From assembly GCA_037310415.1 (NCBI GenBank), contig CP147780.1, forward strand, positions 448,001 through 512,000: DNA of 64,000 nt, given 5' to 3'. The position numbers and the translations under genes are program-made. Source of the DNA: Candidatus Atabeyarchaeum deiterrae (GTDB taxonomy: Archaea; Asgardarchaeota; Atabeyarchaeia; Atabeyarchaeales; Atabeyarchaeaceae). A model generated the notes under the pieces. That model saw only the letters and a list, made by a program, of their open reading frames with translations. It was not told where the DNA came from and searched no databases. Shown here in pieces: positions 23,219-34,253 of this stretch (positions are counted from its first letter, which is position 1; each line of letters begins with the position of its first letter).

Positions 23219-23330
23219 GGCCGGGAGCGGGATTTGAACCCGCGTCAAGGGCTCCACAGGCCCCTAGGCTAACCACTCTTGAGACGCTACCCAGCTACTC
23301 ATCGATGGGGAGCGTTATCCCATCCCGGCC
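23219..23330 (-). tRNA. tRNA-His(GTG) with encoded G-1 and a 37-nt intron at 14/15 (23279-23315)
   Basis: GGGGC-CT-GTG-GA-GCCCT; BHB GGGA/TCTC with inner CGCT/AGCG. Confidence 0.9.
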
Positions 23331-23463
23331 ACTTGAACGATCTTTCATTGTAGACGAGGATTAAAGATTTTGTCACTTTTCTTATAAACTCTTTGACCTG
23401 CAACTGCGTAACGATGTCTGACCAAGGATCATCGCCAACGAAAAATAGGAGAGGCTAACCAAG

Positions 23464-23766
23464 TCATTTGAAAAGTCCTTGTAGAACTATTGCAGATGTG
23501 AATAGGGCCCGGTTGCCTCCTACATAATAGGCTATTCTCAGTGCTTCGACAATCTCTTCTTTGGTGGCCCCGACTTTCATGGCTCTCTGACCCAGTGCGG
23601 TGGCTCCTTGTGTTGCCCCATGCTCCGCATCTAATGCCATGGCTATTAGTAGCTTGACCCTTTGGGGTAGTACTCCTTCTGACAAAGCTGTACTTTGTAG
23701 ATGATCGAAGCATTCCATCACTTTCGGATCGAATTTCCTGTAGATATCCATAGGATTACCAAACAT
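23464..23766 (-). CDS. Carboxymuconolactone decarboxylase (CMD/AhpD-like) family protein
   Basis: L..RVKLLIAMAL...A...GATKEEI.EAL pattern; no CxxC. Confidence 0.85.
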   Translation of the reverse strand: MFGNPMDIYRKFDPKVMECFDHLQSTALSEGVLPQRVKLLIAMALDAEHGATQGATALGQRAMKVGATKEEIVEALRIAYYVGGNRALFTSAIVLQGLFK

Positions 23767-23923
23767 GATATCACCAATGGCACAGTATAGAGCCGCCTAA
23801 ATAGGATTTGGCTTGTCATGGAGCGCCTCTGGGAAATGGATAGTTCGCTCTCCTATTTGGTAGCTTACTTAGAAGAATGAGTCGGCAAGCTCATGCCGAA
23901 TAGTCTAAGAATGTTTGACCAAG

Positions 23924-24268
23924 TGGTGCGGGGGGTGGGGTTCGAACCCACGCAGGCCTACGCCGATAGGTTTCCTAGAAGATTGCCTAGAGGTCTTGCG
24001 CCTTCTGGAGTCCCCCATAGTTTGGAAGAGTCTTTTCTGCCAGCCCCATTTCCAGTGGTATCGACCCTTACCATATCTCTCCCTCTGAGTTCGAGCAAGT
24101 GCTCACCAACGGCTGAGCCATGAGTGCCATCGTCCAATGTCACCGACGTCAAGGATTGCTTGACCAACTAGCGCATACGCTACCATTTTGTCTGAATAAG
24201 CAAGCTCTTTCATTCTGGGCAAAGTTCTCCTAAGCCTACCTCCTTTGACCAGGCTCGGACACCCCCGC
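23924..24268 (-). tRNA. tRNA-Leu(TAG) with a 257-nt intron at 37/38 (23972-24228)
   Basis: Exons GCGGGGG...GTAGG-CT-TAG-G and A-CCTAT...CCCCCGC-ACCA; BHB CTTA/TAGG with inner GAACTTTGCC/GGCAATCTTC. Confidence 0.9.
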
Positions 24269-24521
24269 AACAAGGCGGCTTCCGATTTGTCTGCTTAGTT
24301 CTATGAGTAATTTCCCTTTTACCCTTTTTGTCTTCCCTAAGTTATCATGGTGTAGCTATTGAGAACCATCTTGCCAAAGAGGCATCTTCCGTTCAGAACA
24401 GGTCTCCGTCCTGGATAGTCCTTCATTGCATCATTTGCGGAGATCTCTATTCTTATGCGAAACCTTTTTAGTTTTCTTCAATAGTAAGAGTTCAAATGAC
24501 AGCCACAAGAATACTGTCAAA

Positions 24522-25025
24522 ATGGGAGAGTGGCATTATTTGCCAGGCAAAGATACTAAAGTAGATTTGAGTTTGAAGGGAAAAGAGTACGCACCCATAA
24601 AGTTCAAGGTTGAGAAGGCGCACATTGCTGCTTTTGCCCAAGCGGTCGACGATCCAAACAAGCTCTATTTCGATGAGAAGTACGCGGCAAAAACAAAGTA
24701 CAAGGGAATAATCGCCCCCCCAACTTATTCCGTGTGTTTCGGTGGTCCGCTGGAGGTTGGTAAACAGCCACCTACGCCACTGGTCCAAGTTGCTTTAGAT
24801 GCTAAGATAAATGTGGGGATCATGGTTCATGGAGAACAGCAATTTGAGTATCTCACACCAGTACGCCCAGGAGACGACATAACAACGATTGCAAGAATCG
24901 CGAATGTTGAGCACAAGCCGCGTAAAGATGGAAGCAAGCGTGGCATAGTAACGGTTGAAGTTACTTCCAAGAACCAGAAAGGTGAGAAAGTCACTGTTTC
25001 TCATGTCGTCCTAATAGAAAGATAG
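24522..25025 (+). CDS. MaoC/FAS1-like hotdog dehydratase subunit
   Basis: FA.AV.D.N..Y.D...A......IAPPT, VHGEQ.F.Y..PV..GD. Start moved to ATG 24522. Confidence 0.85.
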   Translation: MGEWHYLPGKDTKVDLSLKGKEYAPIKFKVEKAHIAAFAQAVDDPNKLYFDEKYAAKTKYKGIIAPPTYSVCFGGPLEVGKQPPTPLVQVALDAKINVGIMVHGEQQFEYLTPVRPGDDITTIARIANVEHKPRKDGSKRGIVTVEVTSKNQKGEKVTVSHVVLIER

Positions 25026-25048
25026 CGCAAGGAGAAGTGAGAAAGCGA

Positions 25049-25474
25049 ATGAGCAGCCAAGTTGGTTTTGATAAGATCAAAGTTGGAGACATTATTCCTC
25101 CTCTGACGAAGGGTCCTTTAACAAGGGAATGGATTAAGAAATATGCAGACGCATCAGGCGATCACAATCCAATCCACGTCGATGACAAATACGCTACAGC
25201 GTTCGGTCTTCCAGGCGTCATAGCACATGGAATGCTAAACATGGGATTTGTTGCCCAGCACGTGGCGAACTGGGCTGGTCTGGACGGCAACCTAAAGATG
25301 ATAAAGGTTCGGTTCGGAGCGATAGTTAAACCTGGAGACACGGTGACCTGTAAGGGTAAGATAAAGGACAAGAAGACCGAGGGTGGCAAGAAGACGGTTT
25401 TCTGTGAGCTTTGGGCAGAGAACCAGAAGGGTGAACAAGTGATTACAGGAGAAGCTGAAGTGATTTTCTCGTAG
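25049..25474 (+). CDS. MaoC-family (R)-specific enoyl-CoA hydratase
   Basis: YA.ASGD.NPIH.D...A...G....IAHGM hydratase-2 motif. Confidence 0.9.
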   Translation: MSSQVGFDKIKVGDIIPPLTKGPLTREWIKKYADASGDHNPIHVDDKYATAFGLPGVIAHGMLNMGFVAQHVANWAGLDGNLKMIKVRFGAIVKPGDTVTCKGKIKDKKTEGGKKTVFCELWAENQKGEQVITGEAEVIFS

Positions 25475-25548
25475 CTATGTTGGGTTCATTGGCGGTGCAA
25501 TAAGGTTCCCAATTACCAACTCTTTTTTTTGGTATCCCCGGCTGGGGC

Positions 25549-26574
25549 TCACAACCACTGATCTAGTCCTGTTGGCTTTGCCGATTTAGTCAAGTCTTCG
25601 ATTCTTTTTAGTGCAACTTGAACTCGTTCGAGTGAGAAACCATGGTCGTCGACAAGTAGTCGTGTCACTTTTTCCTTGTCAAGAGGCTTGGATTTGATCT
25701 CATAGTTCTGGGTTATCTTGGGATTAACAAACAATTCTCTAACCTCGCTAAGGGACACGGTTGGAACAATGCCTTTCTCTTTGAGAGCAATTTCGGCGTT
25801 ACCGCTTTTCTTGACAAGCTTCAACGCAGTTTTCGGTCCAATACCCTTTGTTCCCGGATTGTAATCCGTGCCGAGGACTATTGCTATCTCGATAAGCTGT
25901 TCTCTAGTTACTCCAAAACTCCTGAATGACTCTGCAGCGTCCACAAGTTCGGGCTCTACTCTGACATAGACATTTCTGCTCGGCAGCTTCCTTCTTCCGC
26001 TAATTACTATGTTTCGGATAAGTCGGGGTGAGCCGAATAGAATGGAGTCATAGTCTTGGCTGCCAGTTCCCCAAGAGTCGCCTTTCTTGGTCATATAAGC
26101 TGCTTGTGCTTCACCTTCGGAAGGCGCTTGAATCCAGGAAACACCCATACTGTCTAGGAGGTTTTTGCTCTCTTGAATCATCTCATTTGTCATGAATAGT
26201 GCGAATTGAGCGTATTTTCTTGCGGAGGACATATCTCCTGCTGTCAGAGCTTCTTGCCATTTCTGTTTCGCCGCCTCTCTCTGTTTTTGCCGCTCTTTAA
26301 TGGTGTCTTTCTTCAAGCTAGGGGCTTCGCCATCAAAGACGAACACCAGTCGGATGTCCGACTCCATGAGGTTTACGGTTCGATAAAAAAGTCCGCTTAG
26401 GTGTGAAGTAACCCTCATTTTCTGATCCATTAGAGGAGTCCCATCAGGCTGTCTGATGACACTCAGAAAGGCGTAGAGGTAGTTCAAGGCATCGATGGTA
26501 AGAACACGCCGGCTCAGTTCCTCCATACCAACCTTCCTCTTGACCATTAAGTCCCCTAAGTTTTGCACTCCCAA
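25549..26574 (-). CDS. fen: Flap endonuclease 1
   Basis: MGV start (TTG 26574), IDALN..Y.FL, APSEGEAQAA, SQDYD, GTDYN.G..GIGPK, C-terminal PIP-like LDQW. Confidence 0.95.
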   Translation of the reverse strand: MGVQNLGDLMVKRKVGMEELSRRVLTIDALNYLYAFLSVIRQPDGTPLMDQKMRVTSHLSGLFYRTVNLMESDIRLVFVFDGEAPSLKKDTIKERQKQREAAKQKWQEALTAGDMSSARKYAQFALFMTNEMIQESKNLLDSMGVSWIQAPSEGEAQAAYMTKKGDSWGTGSQDYDSILFGSPRLIRNIVISGRRKLPSRNVYVRVEPELVDAAESFRSFGVTREQLIEIAIVLGTDYNPGTKGIGPKTALKLVKKSGNAEIALKEKGIVPTVSLSEVRELFVNPKITQNYEIKSKPLDKEKVTRLLVDDHGFSLERVQVALKRIEDLTKSAKPTGLDQWL

Positions 26575-26643
26575 CCTCCAATTCACCACCCGACTGATAC
26601 TGGACTGAGAAATGTCTGAGTACTTGCCAGCATCCTTTGCTAA

Positions 26644-26907
26644 CTAGTCTTCACTTACTGGGAGGAATTCCGCGCCCGGTTTGATCGCCTCAATGCGTCT
26701 CTTGGTCTTGGTTATTCTAGATACGTGGATTATTCCATTGATCTCCAGATCCATTAGCGCCTTGTTCAAAGATGAGGGGGATACGTCGCCGTAATCTCTT
26801 TCCAGTATGGCTATCAGTTCATTGTCGAGTATTATGCCCTGATGTTTCGCCAAGACGTATAAGATTACGTTCCTCATGGGAAGTGCGTTCCAAGACCTTT
26901 GTTCCAT
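26644..26907 (-). CDS. Small winged-helix protein downstream of cdc48
   Basis: LNKALMDLEINGIIHV wHTH-like pattern. Confidence 0.65.
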   Translation of the reverse strand: MEQRSWNALPMRNVILYVLAKHQGIILDNELIAILERDYGDVSPSSLNKALMDLEINGIIHVSRITKTKRRIEAIKPGAEFLPVSED

Positions 26908-26942
26908 TGCCGCAGTCTCCTTAACCTTACGTAGCAGGTGGA

Positions 26943-29135
26943 TCATACAACTGTATCGGACTCACTTAACCATTGCTTTCTTGGGTTTTGGACAAAAGCT
27001 TCGTATCTCCTCACAACCTCGGGCGTAACTGACGAATGCATTTTCTTCATACTTTGATCGAAGTGAGCATGTTTTACGGTAGCGCTCTTCTCTCTAATAG
27101 CGATTATTGCAGCTTCTCTGCACAGATTCTCGAGGTCGGCGCCCAAATAACCATCAGTATCATTAGCGATTCGGTCAATGTTGACGTCTTGTTCAAGTGG
27201 CATATCTCGAGTATAGATTTCCAGTATTTGAATTCGCTCATCTTTGTTTGGTGGCGGAACATAGATTATTCGGTCAATTCGACCCGGTCTGAGCAATGCT
27301 GGCTCTAAAATGTCAGGACGGTTGGTGGCGCACATGACTGCAACGTTCTCAACGGTAGCCAATTCGTCCATCTCTGTAAGGAGTTGACTAACGACTCGTT
27401 CTGGAACATTTGAGTCATTTGCCGCGTATTCTCTCCTCCGAGCTATGGAATCGATCTCATCTATGAAAATTACTGTTGGGGCAGCAGCACGGGCCTTTCG
27501 AAAGATCTCTCGAATCGCTTTCTCCGATTCCCCGACCCATTTACTAATGACCTCAGGGCCTCTTATGCTGATGAAGTTGGCCTCACTTTCGGTCGCAACA
27601 GCTTTTGCTAAAAGAGTCTTGCCACATCCGGGTGGCCCAAAGAGAAGAACGCTTCTTGGAGGTTTTACTCCCATCTTTCTGAAGTCCCCGCTTTTCTTCA
27701 ATGGCCACTCGACGACTTCCAGTAATTCTTGCTTCACAGCAGCAAGTCCTCCGATTTCATTCCAGTGTACGGAGGGGACCTCGATAATAATCTCTCTCAA
27801 AGCGGAAGGTTGGATATCCTTTAGAGCTTCGTCAAAATCCTGCATTGTAATTTTGAGATTATCTATTGCTTGATTTGGGATGTTTCCCTCTTCAAAGATT
27901 AATGAAGGAATGTGGCTGCGCAGAGAACGCATTGCCGCCTCTCGGCAAAGCGCTGACAAGTCTGCCCCAACAAAACCGTGCGTTTTTTCGCTTATCCTCA
28001 CTAAGTCAACGTCCTCCGCCAGTGGCATCCATCTTGTATGAATCTGAAGTATCTCTAGTCGCTCTCTCGCCGCTGGAACTGGTAGCTCTATCTCACGGTC
28101 GAATCTTCCAGGTCGCCTCAAAGCTGGGTCTATGGTGTTTGCTCTGTTTGTGGCGCCAATCACGATGACTTTACCTTTGCGGTACAACCCATCCATCAGC
28201 GATAGCAGCTGAGCTACTATTCTTCTCTCGGTTTCGGCAGTAGTCTCTTCCCTCTTTGGAGCTATTGCATCAATCTCGTCGATGAATATTATCGCTGGAG
28301 AATTGTCTTCGGCTTCCTTGAAGACTTCACGGATGTGTTTCTCTGATTCGCCATAGAATTTACTGATGATTTCTGGGCCATTTATAGCTATGAAATGCGC
28401 GTCTGATTCATTTGCCACCGCCCTAGCGAGTAAGGTCTTCCCACATCCAGGAGTTCCATATAATAGGACTCCTCGAGGTGGTTCTATTCCCAGTTTGTCG
28501 AAGACCTCGGGATGCTTAAGTGGTAGTTCAACAATCTCGCGCAGCTTGAAGATCGCGTCGCTCAGACCACCAATATCTTCGTAGCTGATATAGGGTATGT
28601 TCCTTGCTTGCGACTGAAGATGTGGTCCGTCACTTACGTGAACTGTTGTTTGTGGTTTAATGATCACGACGCCCTCAGGTCGGGTTTTTGTGACGACAAA
28701 CGAGAGCCCTTTGGTTATCATAGTGACTGAGATGATGTCACCCTGCGAAGTCGGATAATTGATTAACCTGTTTTTAACAAATGCTTCGAACCTAGGATCA
28801 CCAGAAGGTTGTTTAGACATTGGTTTGAGAACAACTGAGACTGCTGGTTTCTCGGAGGCTTTCTTAACGATTACCTTGTCGCCCAGACCAACGCCGGCGT
28901 TTCTTCTGAGATAACCATCCATTCTGATTATTCCAGGATCATCAACATCTGGGCGCGTGGACCAAGCAATGGCAGCTGTCACGCGCTTGCCTTTAATCTC
29001 GATTATGCTTCCTGTTTGAATGTTGAGTTTCTCGAGAACATCGTCACTAAGTCTGGCTTTGAATCTACCAACGTCCTTTCTATGTGCTTCCTCAACCTTC
29101 AGTTGTAAACCACCTGTCCCCTGCAAGATCCTCAC
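26943..29135 (-). CDS. cdc48: CDC48/VCP family AAA+ ATPase
   Basis: N-domain plus two AAA modules ([27 protein letters not shown]). Confidence 0.96.
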   Translation of the reverse strand: MRILQGTGGLQLKVEEAHRKDVGRFKARLSDDVLEKLNIQTGSIIEIKGKRVTAAIAWSTRPDVDDPGIIRMDGYLRRNAGVGLGDKVIVKKASEKPAVSVVLKPMSKQPSGDPRFEAFVKNRLINYPTSQGDIISVTMITKGLSFVVTKTRPEGVVIIKPQTTVHVSDGPHLQSQARNIPYISYEDIGGLSDAIFKLREIVELPLKHPEVFDKLGIEPPRGVLLYGTPGCGKTLLARAVANESDAHFIAINGPEIISKFYGESEKHIREVFKEAEDNSPAIIFIDEIDAIAPKREETTAETERRIVAQLLSLMDGLYRKGKVIVIGATNRANTIDPALRRPGRFDREIELPVPAARERLEILQIHTRWMPLAEDVDLVRISEKTHGFVGADLSALCREAAMRSLRSHIPSLIFEEGNIPNQAIDNLKITMQDFDEALKDIQPSALREIIIEVPSVHWNEIGGLAAVKQELLEVVEWPLKKSGDFRKMGVKPPRSVLLFGPPGCGKTLLAKAVATESEANFISIRGPEVISKWVGESEKAIREIFRKARAAAPTVIFIDEIDSIARRREYAANDSNVPERVVSQLLTEMDELATVENVAVMCATNRPDILEPALLRPGRIDRIIYVPPPNKDERIQILEIYTRDMPLEQDVNIDRIANDTDGYLGADLENLCREAAIIAIREKSATVKHAHFDQSMKKMHSSVTPEVVRRYEAFVQNPRKQWLSESDTVV

Positions 29136-29349
29136 CCCTAATACGCGGAGAAGAGTTTGTCATTTTTCGGTTCGATGTTGTGCTCACATTAAGTCAAATA
29201 TCGAGAAAGAGACCTCAATGAGAGTGTCTCATGATCCAAGTATCTATAGGTATTAGTGAATGACTCACCTTGACTTCAAATGAGTTTGCGGATGACTTAC
29301 TGACCGTGTCTAGCATCAATCAAGTCTGCCGCAAATAGAGTACTGAGTT

Positions 29350-29616
29350 CTATAGCCTGCTAACGAACTCAACCTGAACGTCGCTGACACCTTTAACCCC
29401 TCTTATCGTTTCCTCAACAAGATCAGTTCCACCGGAGTCATCAGGCAAGACCAAATTGAGTCTCAATGCTTTGATTCCAAATGCAATTTCCTCTATTTCC
29501 GATTTCCTGATGGAAACCTTTGAGGGTAGCTTGTCAGCGATAGCTTGCTGTAAGTCGTCCATGCTAGTGTCAGCGCTTTCAGGCATCACTTTGACTACTG
29601 CTAGAACCTTTGTCAT
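29350..29616 (-). CDS. ef1b: Elongation factor 1-beta
   Basis: KVMPES, EEIAFGIKAL, GGTD.VE. Confidence 0.93.
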   Translation of the reverse strand: MTKVLAVVKVMPESADTSMDDLQQAIADKLPSKVSIRKSEIEEIAFGIKALRLNLVLPDDSGGTDLVEETIRGVKGVSDVQVEFVSRL

Positions 29617-29803
29617 ATTACATCGCGCCATTATAACAGATTACTGCTATGAGTATGAAGATTAGATCCTAATGCTCATTAGTTTTCTTTTATTCTTTGT
29701 GTTGAATACCCAGTAGGAAAAGAATAACCACACAGAATAAATCAAACATTTGAGTTAGTCGAACTCATCATAAGAGTTGACCACAACTTCCATATTCACC
29801 CAG

Positions 29804-29980
29804 CTACGGTCCAGTGAAGCTGCATTTTGCGCAACGATAGGTGTTGCCGAACTTTCTGCATTTGCCGCAGCGCCATATTACAACCTCGCCACAATTGGGG
29901 CATGTGAAATGCACAGCTTGATCCCCAGGTTGGATGAAACGACCACAACTCGTGCAAGCAGGCATTTGAATCCGAGACAT
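29804..29980 (-). CDS. DUF1610/HVO_2753-like zinc-finger microprotein (58 aa; not in the ORF track)
   Basis: MSRIQMPACTSCGRFIQPGDQAVHFTCPNCGEVVIWRCGKCRKFGNTYRCAKCSFTGP; usual neighbour of ef1b. Confidence 0.9.
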   Translation of the reverse strand: MSRIQMPACTSCGRFIQPGDQAVHFTCPNCGEVVIWRCGKCRKFGNTYRCAKCSFTGP

Positions 29981-30080
29981 TGCTCTTGCTCACCTTTTTA
30001 GCTTGTCATCGTGTTCGAGTACCCTCGAGGAATAGGGCACAACCATATTTAAATGTAAGGTATTGAATTGAGGAATCTCA

Positions 30081-31031
30081 GTGAGCGCAATGTCTATTAT
30101 TGAGAAATCGAGGAAGATAGAAGAGATAGTGCTGCAGAACACTGGAAGGAGAGGCGTTCAAGATCTTTACCAAGCACTCGTTGAACTGACCGGCGGCTCA
30201 CCAACACTCAGAAGCGCAACCTCACTTCACAAGGCTATTATGGGTCATGGAAACGTTATCATTGCCTCAGGATTCACCATTGCCAGTGTTGGGAAATGTG
30301 AGACCGACGGTCTCATAGGATCGATTGTTCTTGCAGAGTTCTTGAACAAAATAGGTTGCCATGTCATATTCACGACTGATCCACAGAACCAGATAGTGTT
30401 TGAAAAAGTTGGAAGAGCTGCTCATTTGAACTCCTTTGAATGCGTTGGGTTCCCAATTGAACACGATTCCGCCAAGAAGGAAGCAGTTCGATCTTTCAAG
30501 GATCTTGCCCCCACCGCCTTGGTCGCCATTGAGCGCCCTGGTTGGAATAGAAAGATGATATATCATAACATGCGGGGTGAGGACATCTCCAGCAAGACTG
30601 CCAAGATTGACCACATGTTCAATATGGCCCGGTCTAGTAAGATCTTGACCATTGCTGTCGGAGATGGTGGCAACGAGATAGGAATGGGCAATATCCTCGA
30701 GGCAGTCATGAAGTCAATTCCATTCGGTTCAATATGTCAATGCCCTTGCAGAGGAGGAATCGCATGTATCACGAAAGTCGATCATCTCGTAGTTTCGTCT
30801 GTTTCAAATTGGGGCGCTTATGCTCTCGTCGCACTAACAGCTCTTCTGGCCAAAACACCTTTTCGACATACTGCAAGTCTTGAGAAAAAACTCATAGAAT
30901 CTGCTATACAAGCTGGGGCTGTTGATGGAGTAAGTGGTAGGCCCATTCCATTCGTTGATGGTCAGAGTATTGCTATCAGTTCGGATGTTGTCGAAAGAAT
31001 ATCAAAGATGCTCAGCGAACAGACATCATGA
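30081..31031 (+). CDS. DUF4392 / D-glutamate cyclase-like protein
   Basis: GF......ETDG, IERPG, YHNMRG, GDGGNEIGMG, VSNWG, DG. Confidence 0.85.
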   Translation: MSAMSIIEKSRKIEEIVLQNTGRRGVQDLYQALVELTGGSPTLRSATSLHKAIMGHGNVIIASGFTIASVGKCETDGLIGSIVLAEFLNKIGCHVIFTTDPQNQIVFEKVGRAAHLNSFECVGFPIEHDSAKKEAVRSFKDLAPTALVAIERPGWNRKMIYHNMRGEDISSKTAKIDHMFNMARSSKILTIAVGDGGNEIGMGNILEAVMKSIPFGSICQCPCRGGIACITKVDHLVVSSVSNWGAYALVALTALLAKTPFRHTASLEKKLIESAIQAGAVDGVSGRPIPFVDGQSIAISSDVVERISKMLSEQTS

Positions 31032-31059
31032 TAAATGAGGACGGAACGCGGTGATTTCA

Positions 31060-32286
31060 CTAGAGAATCCCCAAGAACGAAAGGAGAAAGACAATCATTC
31101 TCTTCGGGTTGATTATTGCTGACTTGACCAATTGTGATTGGGTATCTATATCCCCCTTCTCTTCGATCAGACTTCCGAACCCACTATTCCGTATCGATCG
31201 TATCAGCTTATCCGTCAAAAAGTCAGGCAGGTGATTCAATAGACGACGCACTAGGTACATCATTGAAAACTCTTGACCGAGTTGTCGGCGCCAAGATCTG
31301 TCATATCTTTCCAAGTATTGCGCGCTGAAGTTATCCGCAATAACGCTCTCTGATGCAACCTTGCTAGCAATGTGCGCGCAGATGCCGCCTGTCACGACTC
31401 CTCCACCAGTGGTTGGCTTGGTTTGCCCTGCGCAGTCCCCGACAGCTAGTAGCCTAGTTGAGTAAGTTCTTGAAATTGGCCCTCCTGTCAATATCCTCCC
31501 GCCAAGGATGCGCATTGTCTTTGCGCCCCGGAGTTTCTTGGCAGCAACTCTATGGTGAGAAACGAAATGTGATAGTAAAGCGTGCGGCTTTGGCAATGAA
31601 GAAGCCAAACCTACTCTTGCGGAACCATTTCCGGTCGGGATTATCCAGGCAAAGAATCCGCAAGCATAGACATTGCCTAAATATATCTCAACGAGATCGT
31701 CACTCTCCAGTTTGACATGACTCATTTCGAACTGTGTGGCGTAGAGTCTCATCTTTGGATTTGGTACTTCCAAACCGAGGTTACGAGTCAGTCTTGGCTG
31801 GGATCCCTCGGCTAAAACAAGCAACTCCCCTGTCAGTGTTATCTTATGCTTTGCTTTATTACTATCGACAATGTCCGCAATCACTTGAACGCCAGTATTC
31901 TCAATTCGAGTCGATTGTGCTTTCGTGTTTAGCAGTAGAGTCGACCCACTTTCAGTAGCCTCATCTGCAAGTTGCTTATCGAAAGATATCCGATCAGCAA
32001 CGAACGCTTGGGGGCCACTTCGTTCCAAAAGAAGTTCTTCACCAGATGGAGAAAATACACTAGCTCCCCGCACCTTATTCAGCACTATTCGTTCTGATGG
32101 TATTAAATTGAGCCTTTGAAATCCATTGACACTTATGAGACCAGCACAGTGCTGTGGCTCGCCGATGATCTTGTGTTCCTCTATGACAACTGTTTTCAAT
32201 CCCCTCTTAGCAGCGCCTTTTGCAACAATTGCTCCAATTGGTCCTCCTCCGACCACGACAACATCAAACTCGTTAGAGCGGTTCAC
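31060..32286 (-). CDS. Geranylgeranyl reductase family flavoprotein
   Basis: GGGPIG, CAG, FAWIIP, GDCAGQ.KP.TGGG. Confidence 0.88.
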   Translation of the reverse strand: MNRSNEFDVVVVGGGPIGAIVAKGAAKRGLKTVVIEEHKIIGEPQHCAGLISVNGFQRLNLIPSERIVLNKVRGASVFSPSGEELLLERSGPQAFVADRISFDKQLADEATESGSTLLLNTKAQSTRIENTGVQVIADIVDSNKAKHKITLTGELLVLAEGSQPRLTRNLGLEVPNPKMRLYATQFEMSHVKLESDDLVEIYLGNVYACGFFAWIIPTGNGSARVGLASSLPKPHALLSHFVSHHRVAAKKLRGAKTMRILGGRILTGGPISRTYSTRLLAVGDCAGQTKPTTGGGVVTGGICAHIASKVASESVIADNFSAQYLERYDRSWRRQLGQEFSMMYLVRRLLNHLPDFLTDKLIRSIRNSGFGSLIEEKGDIDTQSQLVKSAIINPKRMIVFLLSFLGIL

Positions 32287-32450
32287 TTAATATTCACCTG
32301 TTGCAGTTATGGTATCTTATTGAGGCTGCGACTATTAAATGAACGCATCGTGTGAACTGTCAGCGAGGATCGATAATGCAAATTGGTGTTGGTTATTACT
32401 CCTTCATGCCTTAACTCCGGAAACATTGTAATATGGGGGCGCTAATGTCG

Positions 32451-32813
32451 ATGTCAGAATTCAGATTCAAACAAGTCATAGTTTTGAGAACTGATATAAA
32501 AATGTCTAAAGGAAAACTCGCTGTGCAGGCATGCCATGCCAGCGTAGGTGCTCTGGAGGAGACAAGAAAGGAGCACCGTGACTGGGTTAGATCTTGGTTT
32601 GACGAGGGTCAGAAAAAGGTTGTCGCGAAGGTCAGAACCATTGGATCACTTGAGAAACTGAAACAGCAAGCAGATAAAATGGGATTACCAAACGCGCTTG
32701 TAGAAGATAGAGGTCTTACTGAGATACCGCCAGGCACTGTCACTTCGTTGGGAATCGGTCCTGCTCCTGAAGAGATCATCGACAAAGTCACGCATGATCT
32801 TGTGCTTTTGTGA
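32451..32813 (+). CDS. pth2: Peptidyl-tRNA hydrolase 2
   Basis: KQVIV.R.D..MSKGK..VQ.CHA, GQKKVV, D.G.TE..PGT.T.LGIGP. Confidence 0.95.
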   Translation: MSEFRFKQVIVLRTDIKMSKGKLAVQACHASVGALEETRKEHRDWVRSWFDEGQKKVVAKVRTIGSLEKLKQQADKMGLPNALVEDRGLTEIPPGTVTSLGIGPAPEEIIDKVTHDLVLL

Positions 32814-32844
32814 AGGCGCCTGATTTGCACTTGGAAGGATAAAC

Positions 32845-34191
32845 ATGCGATATTCCCCTAAGATCGAAGAAGACCTTGGTATCGAAGTCTATGCGACATC
32901 CTCGGATGGCATCGGCGGAGAAATACGCCAGAAATATGAAGACTTCCTTGTGAAAGAGATCCCAATGTCTGCAGAGCAGTCTCAGAATGAATCCAGAAAT
33001 GACATGAAAGCAGATTACTCGGTTTTCTGGCTGGAGAAACGCGGTCTAGAAACAATCTCCGCCATTAAGAGGATTGCAAGGGAACTGCAAGTTAGTCAGA
33101 GGAGATTTTCCTTTGCTGGCATGAAGGACAGAAACGCTGTAACATTGCAGCGAGTTAGCGCTTGGAAGGTTCCGCCCGAAAAGCTGAAGGAAGTTGATCT
33201 GAGAGGAATTGAAATCACTGGGGTGTCTAAGTCAAACAACCCCATTGTTCTGGGAAGCCATTGGGGTAATGATTTTACGATCATGGTAAGAGGAATACCC
33301 CTGACCGTCGGCACCGCAGAATACCGCATCAAACGAATATCGAATGAAATAAAAGCTGCAGGTGGCATACCTGATTTTTTTGGTCATCAACGATTTGGCT
33401 TGGTGCGTCCGATAACTCACATAGTTGGCCTGAAAATCTTGAGAGGCGAGTTCAAAGAAGCCGCCATGGCTTTTCTTTCAAATACTTCGCCCTACGAGAC
33501 GGATGAAATTAGAGCAGCTAGAGCAGAACTTGGGACAACTGAGGACTTCAAGTCCGCAATGAAGAACTTCCCTTCGAAACTCACTTACGAGCTATGTATG
33601 CTTCGAAAATTGTCGTCTTCCCCGAATAACTTTGCCAATGCTTTCAGGGTTCTGCCAAGAAGGCTACTGCAGATGTTTGTGTCCGCGGCGCAAGGATGGC
33701 TATATAATAAGTTCGTTAGCAAACGACTCAAAGAAAACGTGCCCCTCAATAGATGTCTGCAAGGGGACCTGGTCTCGCCCTTGAGAGCTGATGAACTAGT
33801 TACTAAAGAATTGGTCAAAGTTGACTTATCTAACATAGATGAGATGAACAGAAACTTGGAATATGGAAAGGCGACAGTAGTTTATCCTGTTCCTGGTTAT
33901 GATATGGCTTTGCCTATTGGATTGATGCGCGATATTGTCAAGGAGGTTATGACAAAAGAGGATCTGATCCCAAGAAGCTTCTGGATTAGCAGGATGCCTG
34001 AAATTAGTTCTGCGGGTGTGTTCAGACAAATAGCTGTAACACCCAAGAATCTCAACATATCTCCTGTCATCTCGAATAGCATATATATATCAAAAGCAAC
34101 ATTTGCATTCTCGCTGGTACGAGGAAGTTACGGAACAATCGTACTTAGAGAATTCATGAAGAATGATGATCCTATTGCAGCCGGTTATTAG
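32845..34191 (+). CDS. truD: tRNA pseudouridine(13) synthase
   Basis: EDF.V.E, AG.KD..A.T.Q, GN.F.I, FG.QRFG, GSY.T..LRE.MK. Confidence 0.95.
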   Translation: MRYSPKIEEDLGIEVYATSSDGIGGEIRQKYEDFLVKEIPMSAEQSQNESRNDMKADYSVFWLEKRGLETISAIKRIARELQVSQRRFSFAGMKDRNAVTLQRVSAWKVPPEKLKEVDLRGIEITGVSKSNNPIVLGSHWGNDFTIMVRGIPLTVGTAEYRIKRISNEIKAAGGIPDFFGHQRFGLVRPITHIVGLKILRGEFKEAAMAFLSNTSPYETDEIRAARAELGTTEDFKSAMKNFPSKLTYELCMLRKLSSSPNNFANAFRVLPRRLLQMFVSAAQGWLYNKFVSKRLKENVPLNRCLQGDLVSPLRADELVTKELVKVDLSNIDEMNRNLEYGKATVVYPVPGYDMALPIGLMRDIVKEVMTKEDLIPRSFWISRMPEISSAGVFRQIAVTPKNLNISPVISNSIYISKATFAFSLVRGSYGTIVLREFMKNDDPIAAGY

Positions 34192-34253
34192 ACTTGAATG
34201 GAAAGGCAGGTTTCCCTAGCCGTATTGAGAATGAGAATAGGTGGTAAAGAACA

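Noticed and set aside
23972-24228. Group I intron or protein-coding ORF (23958-24167) in the tRNA-Leu intron
   Set aside because: No P7-forming pair or U/G boundaries were found, whereas a complete BHB sits at 37/38. The ORF runs into the exon and has no motifs.
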